Assembly (NCBI GenBank): GCA_964016885.1
Contig: OZ024742.1
Span: 65,720,001-65,784,000 of the forward strand
Direction: 5' to 3'
DNA: 64,000 nt
Source of the DNA: Eledone cirrhosa
Lineage: Eukaryota
The first letter of the stretch is position 1. The number at the start of each line of letters is the position of its first letter. Shown here piece by piece: positions 28,677 to 42,915 of the stretch. The notes under the pieces are model-generated. The model saw nothing but the letters and a program-made list of their open reading frames with translations, was not told the DNA's origin and did not search any database. The translations under genes and the position numbers were made by a program.

Positions 28677-28720
28677 TGAAAAAGAACAAAGGAACTATTA
28701 TGACATTATAACAAGTTTAT

Positions 28721-28767
28721 TGCCGACAGCCGTTTCGTCCTACCCCATGGTGGGACTTATCAAGGCA
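28721..28767 (-). ncRNA. Type I hammerhead, U3-A8 variant (H5)
   Basis: tgcc-TTGATAA-gtcc cacc atg gggt a ggac-GAAA-cggctg-TC-ggca, then aataaa; inside a module with short inverted ends at 28671-28900. Confidence 0.75.
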
Positions 28768-29009
28768 TATAACATGTGATTGCAAGATCATTGTTTACAT
28801 CAACGTATCACTCAAGGCTAGCAGTTTGAAATTGTTGTATACATCAGCAACTCCGCTTTAAGGGGGGCTCTTTTATATTAGTTGTTCTTTTTCACTAATA
28901 TTTCTGCTCTGCGTATGCGCATAGAGCTTAATTAGCTACCGTCACATATTTGGTAAGTCAGACGTGATCATCGCGATTCACATACGTCCTACTATACATC
29001 TTACTTATA

Positions 29010-29101
<92 letters not shown>

Positions 29102-29570
29102 GAAAAATTGAACGGGAACAAAACAGAGAGGCAGTACAACAAATATATATATATATATATATAGGGTTGAACAACGAAACAATTAAGACAAGGCCATTGT
29201 TTTACGATCGTTTCAAAGGAAAAATATACTTAAATATTATCTATATATTGACTAATCGATACCAGTTATACAAATCTATTGTATTGCACTCGATAAATAC
29301 ATCCATTCTGCCTTTAACGATGCTCATAATATGGAGTTGTGTAACTGCTAGCCATTAGGCAATATAACGATATCTTACATGCTCTTTGAAACGATCGTAA
29401 AACAATGGATTAGTACTAAACCATGTGTTTGTATTCATTCCAAAACAACTCAGAGTTGAAAATCCGAGGATGGTTTGCTAATTTTTTGTGAAACTAACTT
29501 CATACCGAACTGTCCTATGGACTCAGTGCTCTACTTACTGTGGATATAATCTCCCGGTGTTTTACCACTA

Positions 29571-29646
<76 letters not shown>

Positions 29647-29767
29647 GAGGTTATATTTAATTGGTTGGGATTCAACAAGCTTAAACATTTTTATAACTTG
29701 GTTGCCCTTGAAATATATATAATAAAATAATTATGGTTTTATAAATATAGTTTCCATTTATTAATAT

Positions 29768-29802
<35 letters not shown>

Positions 29803-29869
29803 AAAGAGATGAAATCGAAAATGCAACTGAAGTCTTATTTTTTTAAAAAATATATATATTTATTTGGTT

Positions 29870-29907
29870 CCTTTACCGGTTTCGCAGTTCTTCTGCTTTT
29901 CAAAAGG
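29870..29907 (-). ncRNA. Minimal type I hammerhead, U3-A8 variant (H6)
   Basis: cctt-TTGAAAA-gcag aagaa ctgc-GAAA-ccgg-TA-aagg. Confidence 0.75.
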
Positions 29908-30019
29908 TGAGTTGAGAGGGAGGGTCTGTGGTTTTTCTCACTCTCTTTTTCTTTATACTTTCACTCGTGTAGGACACCTCGGTTATTTTTCATTTTGTAA
30001 AAAAAAACCTCACTTTCTA

Positions 30020-30106
<87 letters not shown>

Positions 30107-30157
30107 TAATAATAAATTTGAAGACTAATAAATATATTTAATATATATATATATATA

Positions 30158-30401
<244 letters not shown>

Positions 30402-33400
30402 GTGTGATTACGTTGTTCGATACGAAAGAACTTGTGTCCGGCGCTTTGAGTACGTATCAGCTACTATATATATATATATATATATACATATACATACAGT
30501 TACACACATACACACACACACACACACACATACATATATATATATACATATTTATTTGTATAATATACATATAACCTGTCTAAACCAATCACCTTCCTTT
30601 ATAAAATATTCCATGTGTTCGGGTTGAATGATTTTTTTAAAAATAACGAAAGAATAGATTTCTTTGTATGCAATGGTAAAAATAGATGGGGAAACGAGTG
30701 GTCCAGACTGAGAGTAAAATTTCCATAATTCTATTCAATGAAAAATTGATAAATCGGTAGTATGGATTTGAAGTTTCTTCTATAGATATGAATGTTTTCC
30801 CACTAATATTGTTAGCTAGTGAGAGAACAAGCAATCAAACAAACAAACAATAACAATGTAGTTAAAATGAACTCAGCAATGTAGGGGGTAAAATGTGTTT
30901 TGTGAAGAAAGGGGGTGATGGAGAACATTAGTCGGCTGTTGTGAGACGCAGCGTTAAAAATGGATTATAAAAAAATGTTTATGAGTGCACAATTTTCCGA
31001 ATTTAGCCTTTTGTCCGACAACGATTAGCACATTCTTCGTATTTCAACTCATGTTTCAATTTTCTCTATAGTTTTTATTCAGTATAACATCTCATTGATC
31101 AATTGGTATTCCTAAAGCACAACAGAACCCACTAGCAAACGAGAAAAAAATAAGATAAGAGACGGAGCATTTCATATTCAGATTTCATTAACCCCCCCCC
31201 CCCTCCCCCACCCCCCACACACACACATACACTTTCACACACGCACACGCACACACCCATACACATAGTTATAACAATTAGACACAAGAAACAAAATCTG
31301 ACTGGAAAACCAACTAAAAACTGTAAATGTATTCAGGAATGATGTAAAAATGATTTTAAATTGATTACGAACGCCGAGATGTAAACACATCTGATACGGC
31401 AGGTATATCAACAAAAGCAGACATTATTTTTATTTACATCCGAACTTCTTGTCTGACGAAAATGTATTGAATAATTGTTGAATACCGACCTTTCTCGACT
31501 TTAAAAGTCTGTACAACGGTGTTGAATATGTAATACAGTCTCTCTCCCTTTTCTTAATATTGATACTCCGTCGGAGATTATGAATCGCGCTATGTTGGTG
31601 CTACTTTTATTTGATATCAGCTCATCAAGCTCGTACTAATTGCAAAAGTTGTACAAGCTGCAGCTTATTCTTGCTTGAGTGCCACTTGAGTAAACTTCAC
31701 TGAAGATGGATAAACTCCTGAAATACTAGAGTCTTGTGCTCTGACACTGCTTCCGAGTTAGCTGTGACATGTCCTCTGATTAAAACAACCATAGCGATTC
31801 CTTGTGTTTGTTTATTATACATAATCACATTTGATATGCTTTTATATGTGTCTCTATTATGAATCACAGTATGTTAGTTTTACTGCTAATTAAAGGTAGT
31901 ATTGTACTATCGGGCGTTTATGAACACAAAACAGTGTGTGCGCTAAAGAAGAATGAAATAAATTTATAAAAACCATCCTACTTGCAAAAATATCGTGGCA
32001 CATGGTTTTGTAATATTATACCAGAACTTAACATTAATATTAAGGACTTTTTAAAACAAAAAAAACGTCATATTTTGTCAGTTTAACCTTAGGTTCTTAC
32101 TTATGAAAGACACCCAGCAAAGGTAATTCCGTCTCGGAAAATATTATCCTGTGTATCATCACGGTTGGATGTCCTTTGAGCGTGTGTTTGGTTACTATTT
32201 TCAAAGAAGCCTGTACATGGTCGAGCAATCATTTACAAGCACAGTCATTGGCTCTTGAAGTAACACACAGTCAGTGGACATGTAGCGCCTACATGACAAG
32301 ATGGTAGAGGGTTATCAAGTGTCAGGAAGTAGTTGAAGAAATCAGTGTGGGCTTCAGTCTGTCTTATTCACAAGAGTCATCTTACTGTTGAATGTCTCTA
32401 TTCAAATCTTAGTAAAACGGTTATCATTCCAGCAACATGATTATTCGACAAATCTGATTTAGATTTCGAACTTCTAAAATCTAAGTTTAATTTAAACACA
32501 ATCACTGTCGGTTGAAAACTTAGATTTACTCTGAAGTAAATTATGGCATCGAAACACTGCTTAACACCATTAATTGAAAAATGACAATAGTCTACTATTT
32601 AAATGAATACTATAACGTTCTGCAGAAGCGAGCTAGAAAGCTACCGAATTTCACTGATTTAGCTATTGAATTAAATCAATTATGGCAATTGAGGAATATG
32701 CCCATTTATAATTGTTTCGACTTGGATGATACAAAGCCAGTACTGTAAAGACAGTTACGTATTACATGAAAGGAGAGAAACAAGTACGTTCCAAAAAATA
32801 ACACGACTCGGGTCGAAAAATATTGTTAGAGCATTTCCACACAGCATTAGTTAATCTTGAGCACTTTCACGTTTATAATTATCAATACATATGCCACAAA
32901 TATATACACATACAGACACAATTACTCCTCTGTTCAAACCTTCAGCAGATGCAGGAGCAGAAGGAAGAAAACTGAAGTAAAAGCTGAAAAGAAAAGAAGA
33001 AAAACAAATAGGTGAACATCTGTTTTAACCCTATATCTGGCCAACATTCTCTCATCTTTTTCTGTTCAAACCAGCAGTGATCGGCCGCTCATACTGATGT
33101 TAAGGTATTCTTCACATAATAAATAACATCAAAATCCCATAGATTCGATATTATGTGAGATAATTATATGAGATAAAGTGTTTACAACAAAAATATAGAG
33201 TAATGTAAATGCTACAGGGTTAGGTCTACTGGAAAGATGGGTGTGCTTTGAAAAAATATTTAACTAACCATAGATGTACCCCAAGGTAATACAAAGACTT
33301 AATGTTCAGAACCGTGACACTACAAATTAAGAAATAGTCAAATTAAATAATCAGAACAAATACGTTGCTGCACGAGGGAAGAAATTACTTCGATAGATAG

Positions 33401-34194
33401 ACAGATAGATAGATTTCTTTATTAGCCACAAGGGCGCAACAAGAAAAGGGGACAATACAAAGACATGCCGGGGATTTTACATACAGTCGTGTAAAAAATA
33501 TAAAAACAAACAATTAGGTAAATAGAAAGGGAGAGAATAGAGAGTGTGAGACAGTTAGATTGTGAGAACGAAAAAGGAAGCAGGAAGAATAGCAAGAGTA
33601 AAATAGAGTTAGTAATAATAATAAAAATGATTATACTGTTTAAATATTGTGTGCTCGTGTGTCTGTGTGTGTGTTCTTGCGTGTGTATGTGTGTGTATAG
33701 GTGTGTGTGTGTATAGGTGTGTCTGTGTGTGTATGTATGCGAGTGTGTGTATGTCTGCGTGTGTGTGTATGTGTGTGTGTGTGTGTGTGTATGTGCGCGC
33801 GTGTATGTGTGAGTGTGTGTGCCTATGTGTGTGTGAGTGTGTATCTTTTGTGGAGTAACATGATTTTGAAGTAAAAATGTGTTCTTAGCCTACGTCATGT
33901 TATCGCATGTTCTGATATTACACAGTTAGAATATATACGTCACTTAGAAGTCATTACAATATGGTGACGAGATGTCTCAAAACAATATTCCGCCAGGCAT
34001 ATATATGATCATATGTGCGCATTTATACACAGAGAATATTTTTGCAATTGGTTCCGCTGCTGATAATGAATTATGGGAAATTTTAGGGAGTATGGACTTT
34101 ATGTCCACATTAAAACACGCAGATACAGAAACATATGTGGAAAGATGTGTGGAGTGGTTAGCATATTGTGCCCCGACCGATGATTTACCACTCC

Positions 34195-34274
<80 letters not shown>

Positions 34275-34650
34275 GGCATATTGTGTCCCGATATTTTACC
34301 ACTATATATGTCACAATAGCCATATATATATATATATATATATATTCTTTCGGTCGTTTTGGAAGCCTCAACAATGCAGGTGGGTAATTCTCCGGGTAAC
34401 AAGATCCGGTGGTGAAGAGAGAGATGTAACTGAATGTAGAATGAGATGTATAGTGTGTAGATAACGTAGGAAAGAGCGTAAAAAAAATTATTATATATAT
34501 CTGTTAGAACACGAAAAGTGTGAAACAACAGAATGTTCACTTTTCGTGTTCTAACATATATGCCTAACTTCTTCATAAATTTTCCCGGGATAGCCGTGGT
34601 GGTGGTGATCGTATGTCATTGGCTAATTTTCAACCAATCAGAGTAAGTGT

Positions 34651-34710
<60 letters not shown>

Positions 34711-35397
34711 TATTCCCCCTCTCTCTATATATATCTTACGCTTTCGCTTTACACTCCTCCCCTTCAATAACACATTTCCCCCTCTCTATATATCTCTTCC
34801 ACTGTTACTTACGCCTGTTTCTCTCTATCTGTTCCGTCTTTATATATATCTCTCTTACTCTTTCGCTTTGCACTCCTCCCCTTCAATACCATCTCTCCCC
34901 CTCTCTATATATTTGTTACTCTATCGCTGCACGCTCCTCTCCTTCAATATATCAATTACACACGCTTTACACTCCTTTATCCCCAGCGCCCCTATATATA
35001 CACCCCCCCCCCTCTCTCCCGCATCTATATTTTAATGTACCGTTGCACCGTGAATATATGTGTCTATATATATATACATATATATTGTATATACACACAT
35101 TCATGTATGTGTATACACACTCATGTATGTATATACACTGGTTTTATGTGTGTTATGTGTGTATTGTAAATTTGTACTGTTAAAACACGAAACTAACATT
35201 CGATTGACACTTTGATTACCTGTACAGGCAATAGTTATTAGAATGCTGTTGAAGTGTGTATATATTTTTGGGGGACATCCTGTATATACACACATTATAT
35301 ATAATACAATAAACAGATAAATACACACATATATATATGAGCTTATTTAATTATAAATATTGTGAATTTTTAACTCAGTTCAATTATATATATAAAT

Positions 35398-35442
35398 GGC
35401 TTCTACAGGACTAGAACTGTTTCATTCGAAAGAAATCATCAT
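35398..35442 (-). ncRNA. 5'-truncated H1 hammerhead
   Basis: TGATGA-tttctttcgaat-GAAA-cag...ctg-TA-gaag; C3 and the 5' strand of stem I are lost. Confidence 0.55.
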
Positions 35443-36051
35443 AATATTGAGAGGGGGGACTAGATAAAATATTTCAAATCAAATGTGTATAAGTTATAAG
35501 TTAAAATGTATAAATAGAGACGATAGTGGAGGTATATCTGTTTAGTGGAACAGTAGACGATAGAATTAAATACAGACGAGAATCTCCCTTTAATGAAACA
35601 GCAGACGATAGAATTAAGGCAATTTAAATTTTCAGCATTTGCATTTCATCGTTACGGGGTCGATAAAATAAAGTACCAGTAATACACTGTCACTATAAGT
35701 AGACGACTTTCAAATTGAATTGTTGGTTCCATTTCTTTAGTATTTTCAATTGTAGTTATCTACTTAAAAAGCGTTACACGGTTAGAGACATAATTGGTAA
35801 GTTATATCTTCCCTATTAAACCATTGCATTCTTTCGCCTACAATAGAACAAAAATGAAATGTTCTTTAAAGAAACAGGAATATAACTTTATAAAAAAAAA
35901 AGTTGCATCCGCTTCTTTTATCATTGATAATTTTTTCGTTTTAATATTAATTGTTTTTTGTAGTTGTTTATATTAAAAATCTTACTGTAATATTTACTTA
36001 AACGAAGGCAGACATCTAAACTTATAGATTAATCTTGAGCGAAGGACTAGA

Positions 36052-36133
<82 letters not shown>

Positions 36134-36345
36134 AACGAAGAATGATAACATTTCAAGCAAAGAGTTTAATTAGGTAATGACTTACAAATTTGTTTCAGTA
36201 TATATTTAATATAATATTAATATATTTTGTAATATTATTAACTAATTATTATAATTAGCGCTTCAGGCTTTGTCTATATACTGAAACAAATTTGTAAGTC
36301 ATTACCTAATTAAACTCTTTGCTTGAAATTTTATCACTCTTCGTT
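36134..36345. repeat. Fold-back module with partial HHR 3' half
   Basis: About 70-bp inverted arms containing GAAA-caaatttg-TA-agtc. Confidence 0.65.
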
Positions 36346-36829
36346 TTGAATTTCTCCTAAGTATTCAATACTCTGTTGAGAAATACATTTTACATAAACA
36401 GTCTTTGTACCATTTATACGGTATTAATTACTTATATTTATATATATATATATATAGCGTATGATTAGAACTGTGTTTATTATTAATATTTTAATGGATT
36501 TAATGAAAAATTTTAGGTGTTCATATATATATTCTAAAAATGCGCGAAATCGTGAATCCGCGATAGTTGAACCGCCAAGTAGCGAGGTATCACTGTATAT
36601 ATGTTTAAATATATAGTGTAGCTGTGATGTATCTCGCGAGTGAATCGAGACCTGTCACTGACTTTGGTGTCCCCACTGCCGATGTGAATGAGCAACGCTG
36701 CACTTGTGAATTGGGTCTTGATGTTGCAGGCAGTTCATATACTTACAATGATGCGGTCCCACAAGCTTGTTCACATTCCTGTGCTAATAATCTAGATGGG
36801 CGTATTAAATTGGATGTGAAAGCAGCTTA

Positions 36830-37088
36830 CCGGATGCGGAATCGGGAGAAGTTGAGACAAAAACAGGCCGATTATAGAGCTGTGAATTTTGCTAAATTAA
36901 CACAAAAACAGGCCAAGTATAGATGTTCAAAACGGTATGAGTTGGCAAACAAGCAGGCCAAGTATAGATCTGCAAATTCAGCTATTATATCTCAAAAGCA
37001 AGCCGAGCGTAGAGCTTCTAAACGTACCGAGTTGGCTAAAGAGCAGACCAAGTACAGATCTGCAAATATCTTATTGCACAAACAATAA
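36830..37088 (+). pseudogene. 45-bp / 15-aa repeat ORF fragment, Helitron N-terminal-like
   Basis: KQADYRA / KQAKYRC / KQAKYRS / KQAERRA / EQTKYRS periodicity. Confidence 0.35.
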
Positions 37089-37294
37089 TTCTGCACAAAT
37101 GTTGCTCCATTATTAGATCTAATGTTGCAACGATACAGTTAAATGTTGTCTGTGTATTTTAAAAAAGATTTGCTTATAATCTTTTCAAATTTCATTACGC
37201 CAATGATTCAAGCTCAAATTGACATTATCTAAAAAATTGTACAAACAGCGGTGGATTAGCAGTAGTGAACAGATAAATCAGTCAATTTATTAAG

Positions 37295-37955
37295 ATTGAC
37301 TTGGCATCAATCAGCAAGACCTTCATTAGCTGCTCTCCAGCCATCTATTTAAAGCTGTATACATCTATGGTACGAATACACTTGGAGTTCGCGTCATCAG
37401 TCTGGAACCCCTATCTTGCTCAGAACATTGACCTCCTGGAAACTGTTCAGAGACATGCAACCAAGCGCATACCCTCCATCAGACACCTACCATACCCTGA
37501 ATATTTTGCTTCCCTCTGGCAATGGACTTGGCAAACACCCACAAAGTTATTAACCATCCGACCAACAACAACCCCGAACACCTTTTTGATCTCCATGTGT
37601 CTAACACGTGGACATGCCTACAAAGTCAGAAAACAACACAGCTCCCATGACTTTAGGAAATATTTCTTCATGCTCAGAGTTGCTGAAGGATGGAACAAAC
37701 TTCCTGCATCAGTTGTTAGCTGATGACACACTGCATCCTTTAAAACCATCATACATTCCGAAATACACCAAAACTACACCTGATGTCCCCCTTCCATACA
37801 CATGCACATATGTGTATATCATGACTCATGCACTGTTCTTTTTTCATAACGTATTTATATTACCCTATGTATTATATATGCACTTTTGATGAGTTGTAGT
37901 GCACCTCAGCATTGTACACAATATTTTCATTATTATTATCATTATTATTATTACA
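37295..37955 (+). pseudogene. CR1-group LINE 3' end
   Basis: LYTSMVRIHLEFASSVWNPY...LETVQRHATK...TRGHAYK...FFMLRVAEGWNKLP, with an (ATT)n tail. Confidence 0.85.
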
Positions 37956-38409
37956 CTCATTGATCCATTTTGCACTAACTCTGCATCAAGCACCCTCACC
38001 TAAATATTAACCAATCAAGGATCCAATACAGCTATCTGTTGGATGAGTATTGTATAGTGCCAAAAACGAAACCAATCAGTTTAGCAGAAAGTTTCCAGAC
38101 AAGAAACACGCATATTTTGCTATCCTCAAACACGTTTACACATGGCATGAAATATAACTAATCCGAGATGGCTAGGTTTCATCTTCTAACTGGATATACG
38201 AAATCCATTATGTCTTGACAACAACATGAAGTAACATTATGTTATTCACAGACACACTTTGTACACTGTTCCATATCAGAATGTATTTCCTTCGTCACAT
38301 TCACAAACAGTATTGAAAATATGTTCTTCGGCAAATAAAAATGTTTTGTTCATAATATTTCAACTAGCGATTGCTCTACTCCACGCACGACCACCATAAA
38401 TTAATGACC

Positions 38410-38595
38410 AGCTCAACACAAGTATTGGTAGAGCGTCAGACACCATGCTTTGCAGTATTGTTATGGTCCTTTGCATTCTAAGTTCAAATCCTGCCAAGGT
38501 TAACTTCGACTTTCATACTTACTAATTCGATAAAATAAAGTACCAGTAATGGACTGCCGTAATGGATTTGTGCCGAAAAATAGAAACACTATTAA
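38410..38595 (+). mobile_element. SINE family A, diverged
   Basis: agttcaaatcctgccaaggttaac...tcgataaaataaagtaccagt. Confidence 0.65.
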
Positions 38596-39145
38596 TGTGC
38601 AATAAGAGCAAAATATAACGACATTGCTCAATTATTTTATCTAATGTTGTAATAACACAAGGAAATGTTGTTTGTGTATTTTTTTTTATATTTGCTCATA
38701 GGCTTTTACAATTTCGCTCAGCCAACAACTATTAAAAAGTGAGTTGCTTATGATAACAATTTAATCACAAATTGTTGCTATCTTTTAATACACTCCAACA
38801 AGTCATCAAATTATGTACAATAAAAACAAATCTTATTAATTTGCTCAGGGAATATAAAGAAAATGTATATACACTGATAATTGCAATTGTATGTAAATAT
38901 TTTGTTTTTGTATTGTTTATTTTATGTTTTCTATTATGTATAATATATTGATTTAATATTGATTGTTTTTTGTAGTTGTTTATATTAAAAGTCTGAAAAT
39001 ATTTTTATACATCTTACACTAATATTTATAAGATAATTTATAATAACAATTACATAATCTAATTACATTACAACGATAATTTATTATTAATATATATCCT
39101 ATTTAACTAGAGTTATTACAAGCGTTGCCTTAAAAAAATATTAAA

Positions 39146-40100
39146 CTAGACATGAAAAATGCGCAAGCTCAAAAGTGCCACAGAATGTTATAATAAACCT
39201 TCAAAAGTGTGGGACTAGAGTTGTTGCTAAAAAATATTGTAATCATTATATATCGTACATTCTGTGGCATCCTTTATAAAAATAGCTTAAACCAACGAAG
39301 CCTTTATTTTTACGCTATTTCACTTAGTTAATTCTTAGAGTGTAACATATAAAAATAAATACATCTATGTTTAATGTAATAACAGCTATAAATAATTACG
39401 TAATATTATTATCATATACTCATAGTAACAAAATAATTGTGTTGAAAATTAATATGATGCTTATATGAACGATCAAATCTATAATGATAATTTCTTAAAT
39501 ATACTAATAGTAAAATAATTTAGTTATCTATTGTTACATTTTCATAGAACTATAATATTAACAATCGTATTGCATTATCACATTTTTATCACTACAAACT
39601 TTCATATTGGAATTACCTTAAGCCACTTATTATTACTTCGCTTTCGTACTTTTACAGCTGTAGATATTGCGCTGTATCTTATATCTAATATCAATATCTC
39701 ATGGTAATTTGCATGCAGTGTAAAATAGGTTTATTAATAACTTTAATATGAAATGTATTATACAGGGCTGCGGAGTCGGCCAAAAATTGACTGGCTCCAA
39801 CTCAGGATCCGATACTCCATTATTTCCTAAATTTCAGCTCCGCAGCTCTGTTATTATATTAATTAATTTATTTTATAGTTGTAAATCATATTTTTATATG
39901 TTACACTCTAAGAATTAACTAAGTGAAATAGCGTAAAAATAAAGGCTTCGTTGGTTTAAGCTATTTTTATAAAGGATGCCACAGAATGTACGATATATAA
40001 TGATTACAATATTTTTTAGCAACAACTCTAGTCCCACACTTTTGAAGGTTTATTATAACATTCTGTGGCACTTTTGAGCTTGCGCATTTTTCATGTCTAG
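39146..40100. repeat. Fold-back element, about 210-bp near-perfect inverted arms
   Basis: ctagacatgaaaaatgcgc...tgtaacatataaaaata at 39146-39357 mirrored at about 39888-40100. Confidence 0.85.
39763..39850. mobile_element. hAT-like MITE nested in the fold-back spacer
   Basis: TIRs cagggctgcggag / ctccgcagctctg; 8-bp flanks gtattata / ttattata (7/8 identical). Confidence 0.6.
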
Positions 40101-40204
40101 TATATATATATATAAATATATATATATATAAATATATTTATATATATATATACATATATATGGCATATTGTGACGTATATAGTGGTAAAATAACGGGACA
40201 CAAT

Positions 40205-40322
<118 letters not shown>

Positions 40323-40441
40323 CACTATGATTCCAGTTCCTCAGTGAAATAACAACCCAACCAGGAACTGGGCATATAAGAGTATTGACAAAGTTATACA
40401 CCTCAACAACATATGTACTTGTCTATACCACACTAATTCGG

Positions 40442-40496
40442 ACTGCCTGAAGAGGTCACAGCCAAAGATAGCTGTCACCAAAATATATATAGCAGT
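40442..40496 (+). ncRNA. H4 hammerhead copy with G12A change (probably inactive)
   Basis: actgc-CTGAAGA-...-AAAA-tatata-TA-gcagt. Confidence 0.65.
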
Positions 40497-40634
40497 AATA
40501 AACGAAGCTAAATTTTAAACATTTGACTTATTTATTTTATTTTATTTTACATTATTCCGGAGTAACCAAACCAACCTGCGCACTTCGTCGAGTGCTCCAA
40601 ACTGCATACTGAGATGTTGGTATACAACCAACAT

Positions 40635-40823
<189 letters not shown>

Positions 40824-40905
40824 GTTATTCCGGGTTGAATCGGAGGTAACCACAGTAAGTAAGGTACTCAATACATAGCACAGTATAACAGTTTTAATAT
40901 AGATG

Positions 40906-40956
40906 AGATTCTACAGGACTAGAACTGTTTCATTCATTAGAAATCATCAGGAATCT
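40906..40956 (-). ncRNA. Type I hammerhead (H1)
   Basis: Same sequence as 20926-20976. Confidence 0.85.
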
Positions 40957-41008
40957 GGGTATCAAAAAATAATATATTTATTTTTACCATATTTATTTTT
41001 TGATACCC

Positions 41009-41059
41009 AGATTCCTGATGATTTCTAATGAATGAAACAGTTCTAGTCCTGTAGAATCT
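41009..41059 (+). ncRNA. Type I hammerhead (H1)
   Basis: Same sequence as 21587-21637. Confidence 0.85.
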
Positions 41060-41071
41060 CATCTATATTAA

Positions 41072-41160
<89 letters not shown>

Positions 41161-41214
41161 TACATATATATGGCATATTGTGACATATATAGTGGTAAAA
41201 TAACGGGACACAAT

Positions 41215-41280
<66 letters not shown>

Positions 41281-41300
41281 TATATATATATATATATAGT

Positions 41301-42158
41301 ATATATAAAAAACATGAGAAGAAAGGAGAATACTGCGTGGTTGCACATAGGTTACATATGATAAAAAAGTCCTTCGTCAGTGATTTTCCAACCATCATTG
41401 GTATTACATCGCATTAAAAATCAGATACCTCAGGTTGGTGCGAGCAATAACTAAAAAACGTTATTGGGACCAGTAATTCGCGTAAAGTGAGGGGGACAAG
41501 TAAACAACATAGAAGGATAAAAGCAAACCGAAGATAGGAAAATAAACAAGCAACATGGTTGACCGGTCAGCATAAACTGGGTGGATTTCATGAGTGAGAA
41601 AGGTACAGACCGTCCGATGTGTGTGAGATGTAAGCAAGAAGAGACCCACTACAAGCCAAACGGGAGGAAGTGAGAAGGGGAGAAACAGAGAGTGAGTGAG
41701 TGGAAGTGTGAGGAAGAGGTCAGTCGAGAGAAAGTGTAACTGACAGAGGGGCGAAAGAAGGTGAGAGAAACAGAGAGAACGGAGAAGCAGAAAGAGAGAA
41801 ACAGACAAACGCAGTCGAGGTAAATATATATAAAAAACATGAGAAGAAAGAAGAATACTGCGTGGTTGCACATAGGTTACATATGATAAAAAAGTCCTTC
41901 GTCAGTGATTTTCCAACCATCATTGGTATTACATCGCATTAAAAATCAGATACCTCAGGTTGGTGCGAGCAATAACTAAAAAACGTTATTGAGACCAGTA
42001 ATTCGCGTAAAGCGAGGGGGACAAGTAAACAACATAGAAGGATAAAAGCAAACCGAAGATAGGAAAATAAACAAGCAACATGGTTGACCGGTCAGCATAA
42101 ACTGGGTGGATTTCATGAGCGAGAGAGGTACAGACCGTCCGATGTGTGTGAGATGTAA
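41301..42158. repeat. Partial tandem duplication, period 525 bp (about 1.6 units)
   Basis: catgagaag at 41313 and 41838; about 330 bp duplicated with few substitutions. Confidence 0.85.
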
Positions 42159-42170
42159 ATACACACACAT

Positions 42171-42201
<31 letters not shown>

Positions 42202-42212
42202 AATATATAGTG

Positions 42213-42420
42213 GAGGCACGTGGCCTAGTGGTAGGGTGTTGGACGTACGAACATAATGTTGGGTTCGATTCCTGGGCTGGGTTACGTGTTGTGTTCAGGA
42301 GCAAAATACTTCATTTCACGTTGACCTAGTATATTCAGCTTAAAATGAGTACCAGCGATGGACTAGCATCTTGTAATCTCTCAGTCGCTTCATGCAACCG
42401 GGATAAGCACAGACTTTGGA
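42213..42420 (+). mobile_element. SINE family B
   Basis: ggcacgtggcctagtggtagggtg...gggttcgattcc tRNA-like head. Confidence 0.7.
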
Positions 42421-42915
42421 CTTGTACATATATATATGTATGATATATATAGTGAACAGGGTCTACAACATTAACAAGATCTTAGAAATTTAATATTCCC
42501 GAATTTCGGATGAACAATATATTATCAAGGAGAATCCGTAGGTGCGGTGGCGGGTTAGAACCTTCGGACTAGAACGAGATTTTCTTCCTGGTGTCTGTTA
42601 TTTTATTTGTCATAAATTTTACATAAAACGGATATTTATTATTATATATACAACATATATACATATGTAATATGCATTGTTGCATAATATATGCATACAG
42701 AGGGTGCAGTTCACCCTGCTGCTGCATTAAGTGTGTCCGAAACTCGAGTCGGGGAACTATTTAGGCACCCGTTTACGTGTGTTGTATTGAAGTGTGTTTG
42801 TATATATAATATACATATATATTAAATATACAATATACTAATATATATATTAAATATAATATATATATTTATTATATATAATACACACACACTTGTATAT
42901 ATATATATATATATA

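Larger units (their letters stand above)
40824..41075. mobile_element. Family H1 fold-back element with short spacer
   Basis: Arms 40890-40971 / 40992-41075; nearly identical to the copy at 20844. Confidence 0.85.

Noticed and set aside
33972-34190. Possible host exon (also about 50575-50820)
   Set aside because: No recognisable domain or convincing splice signals
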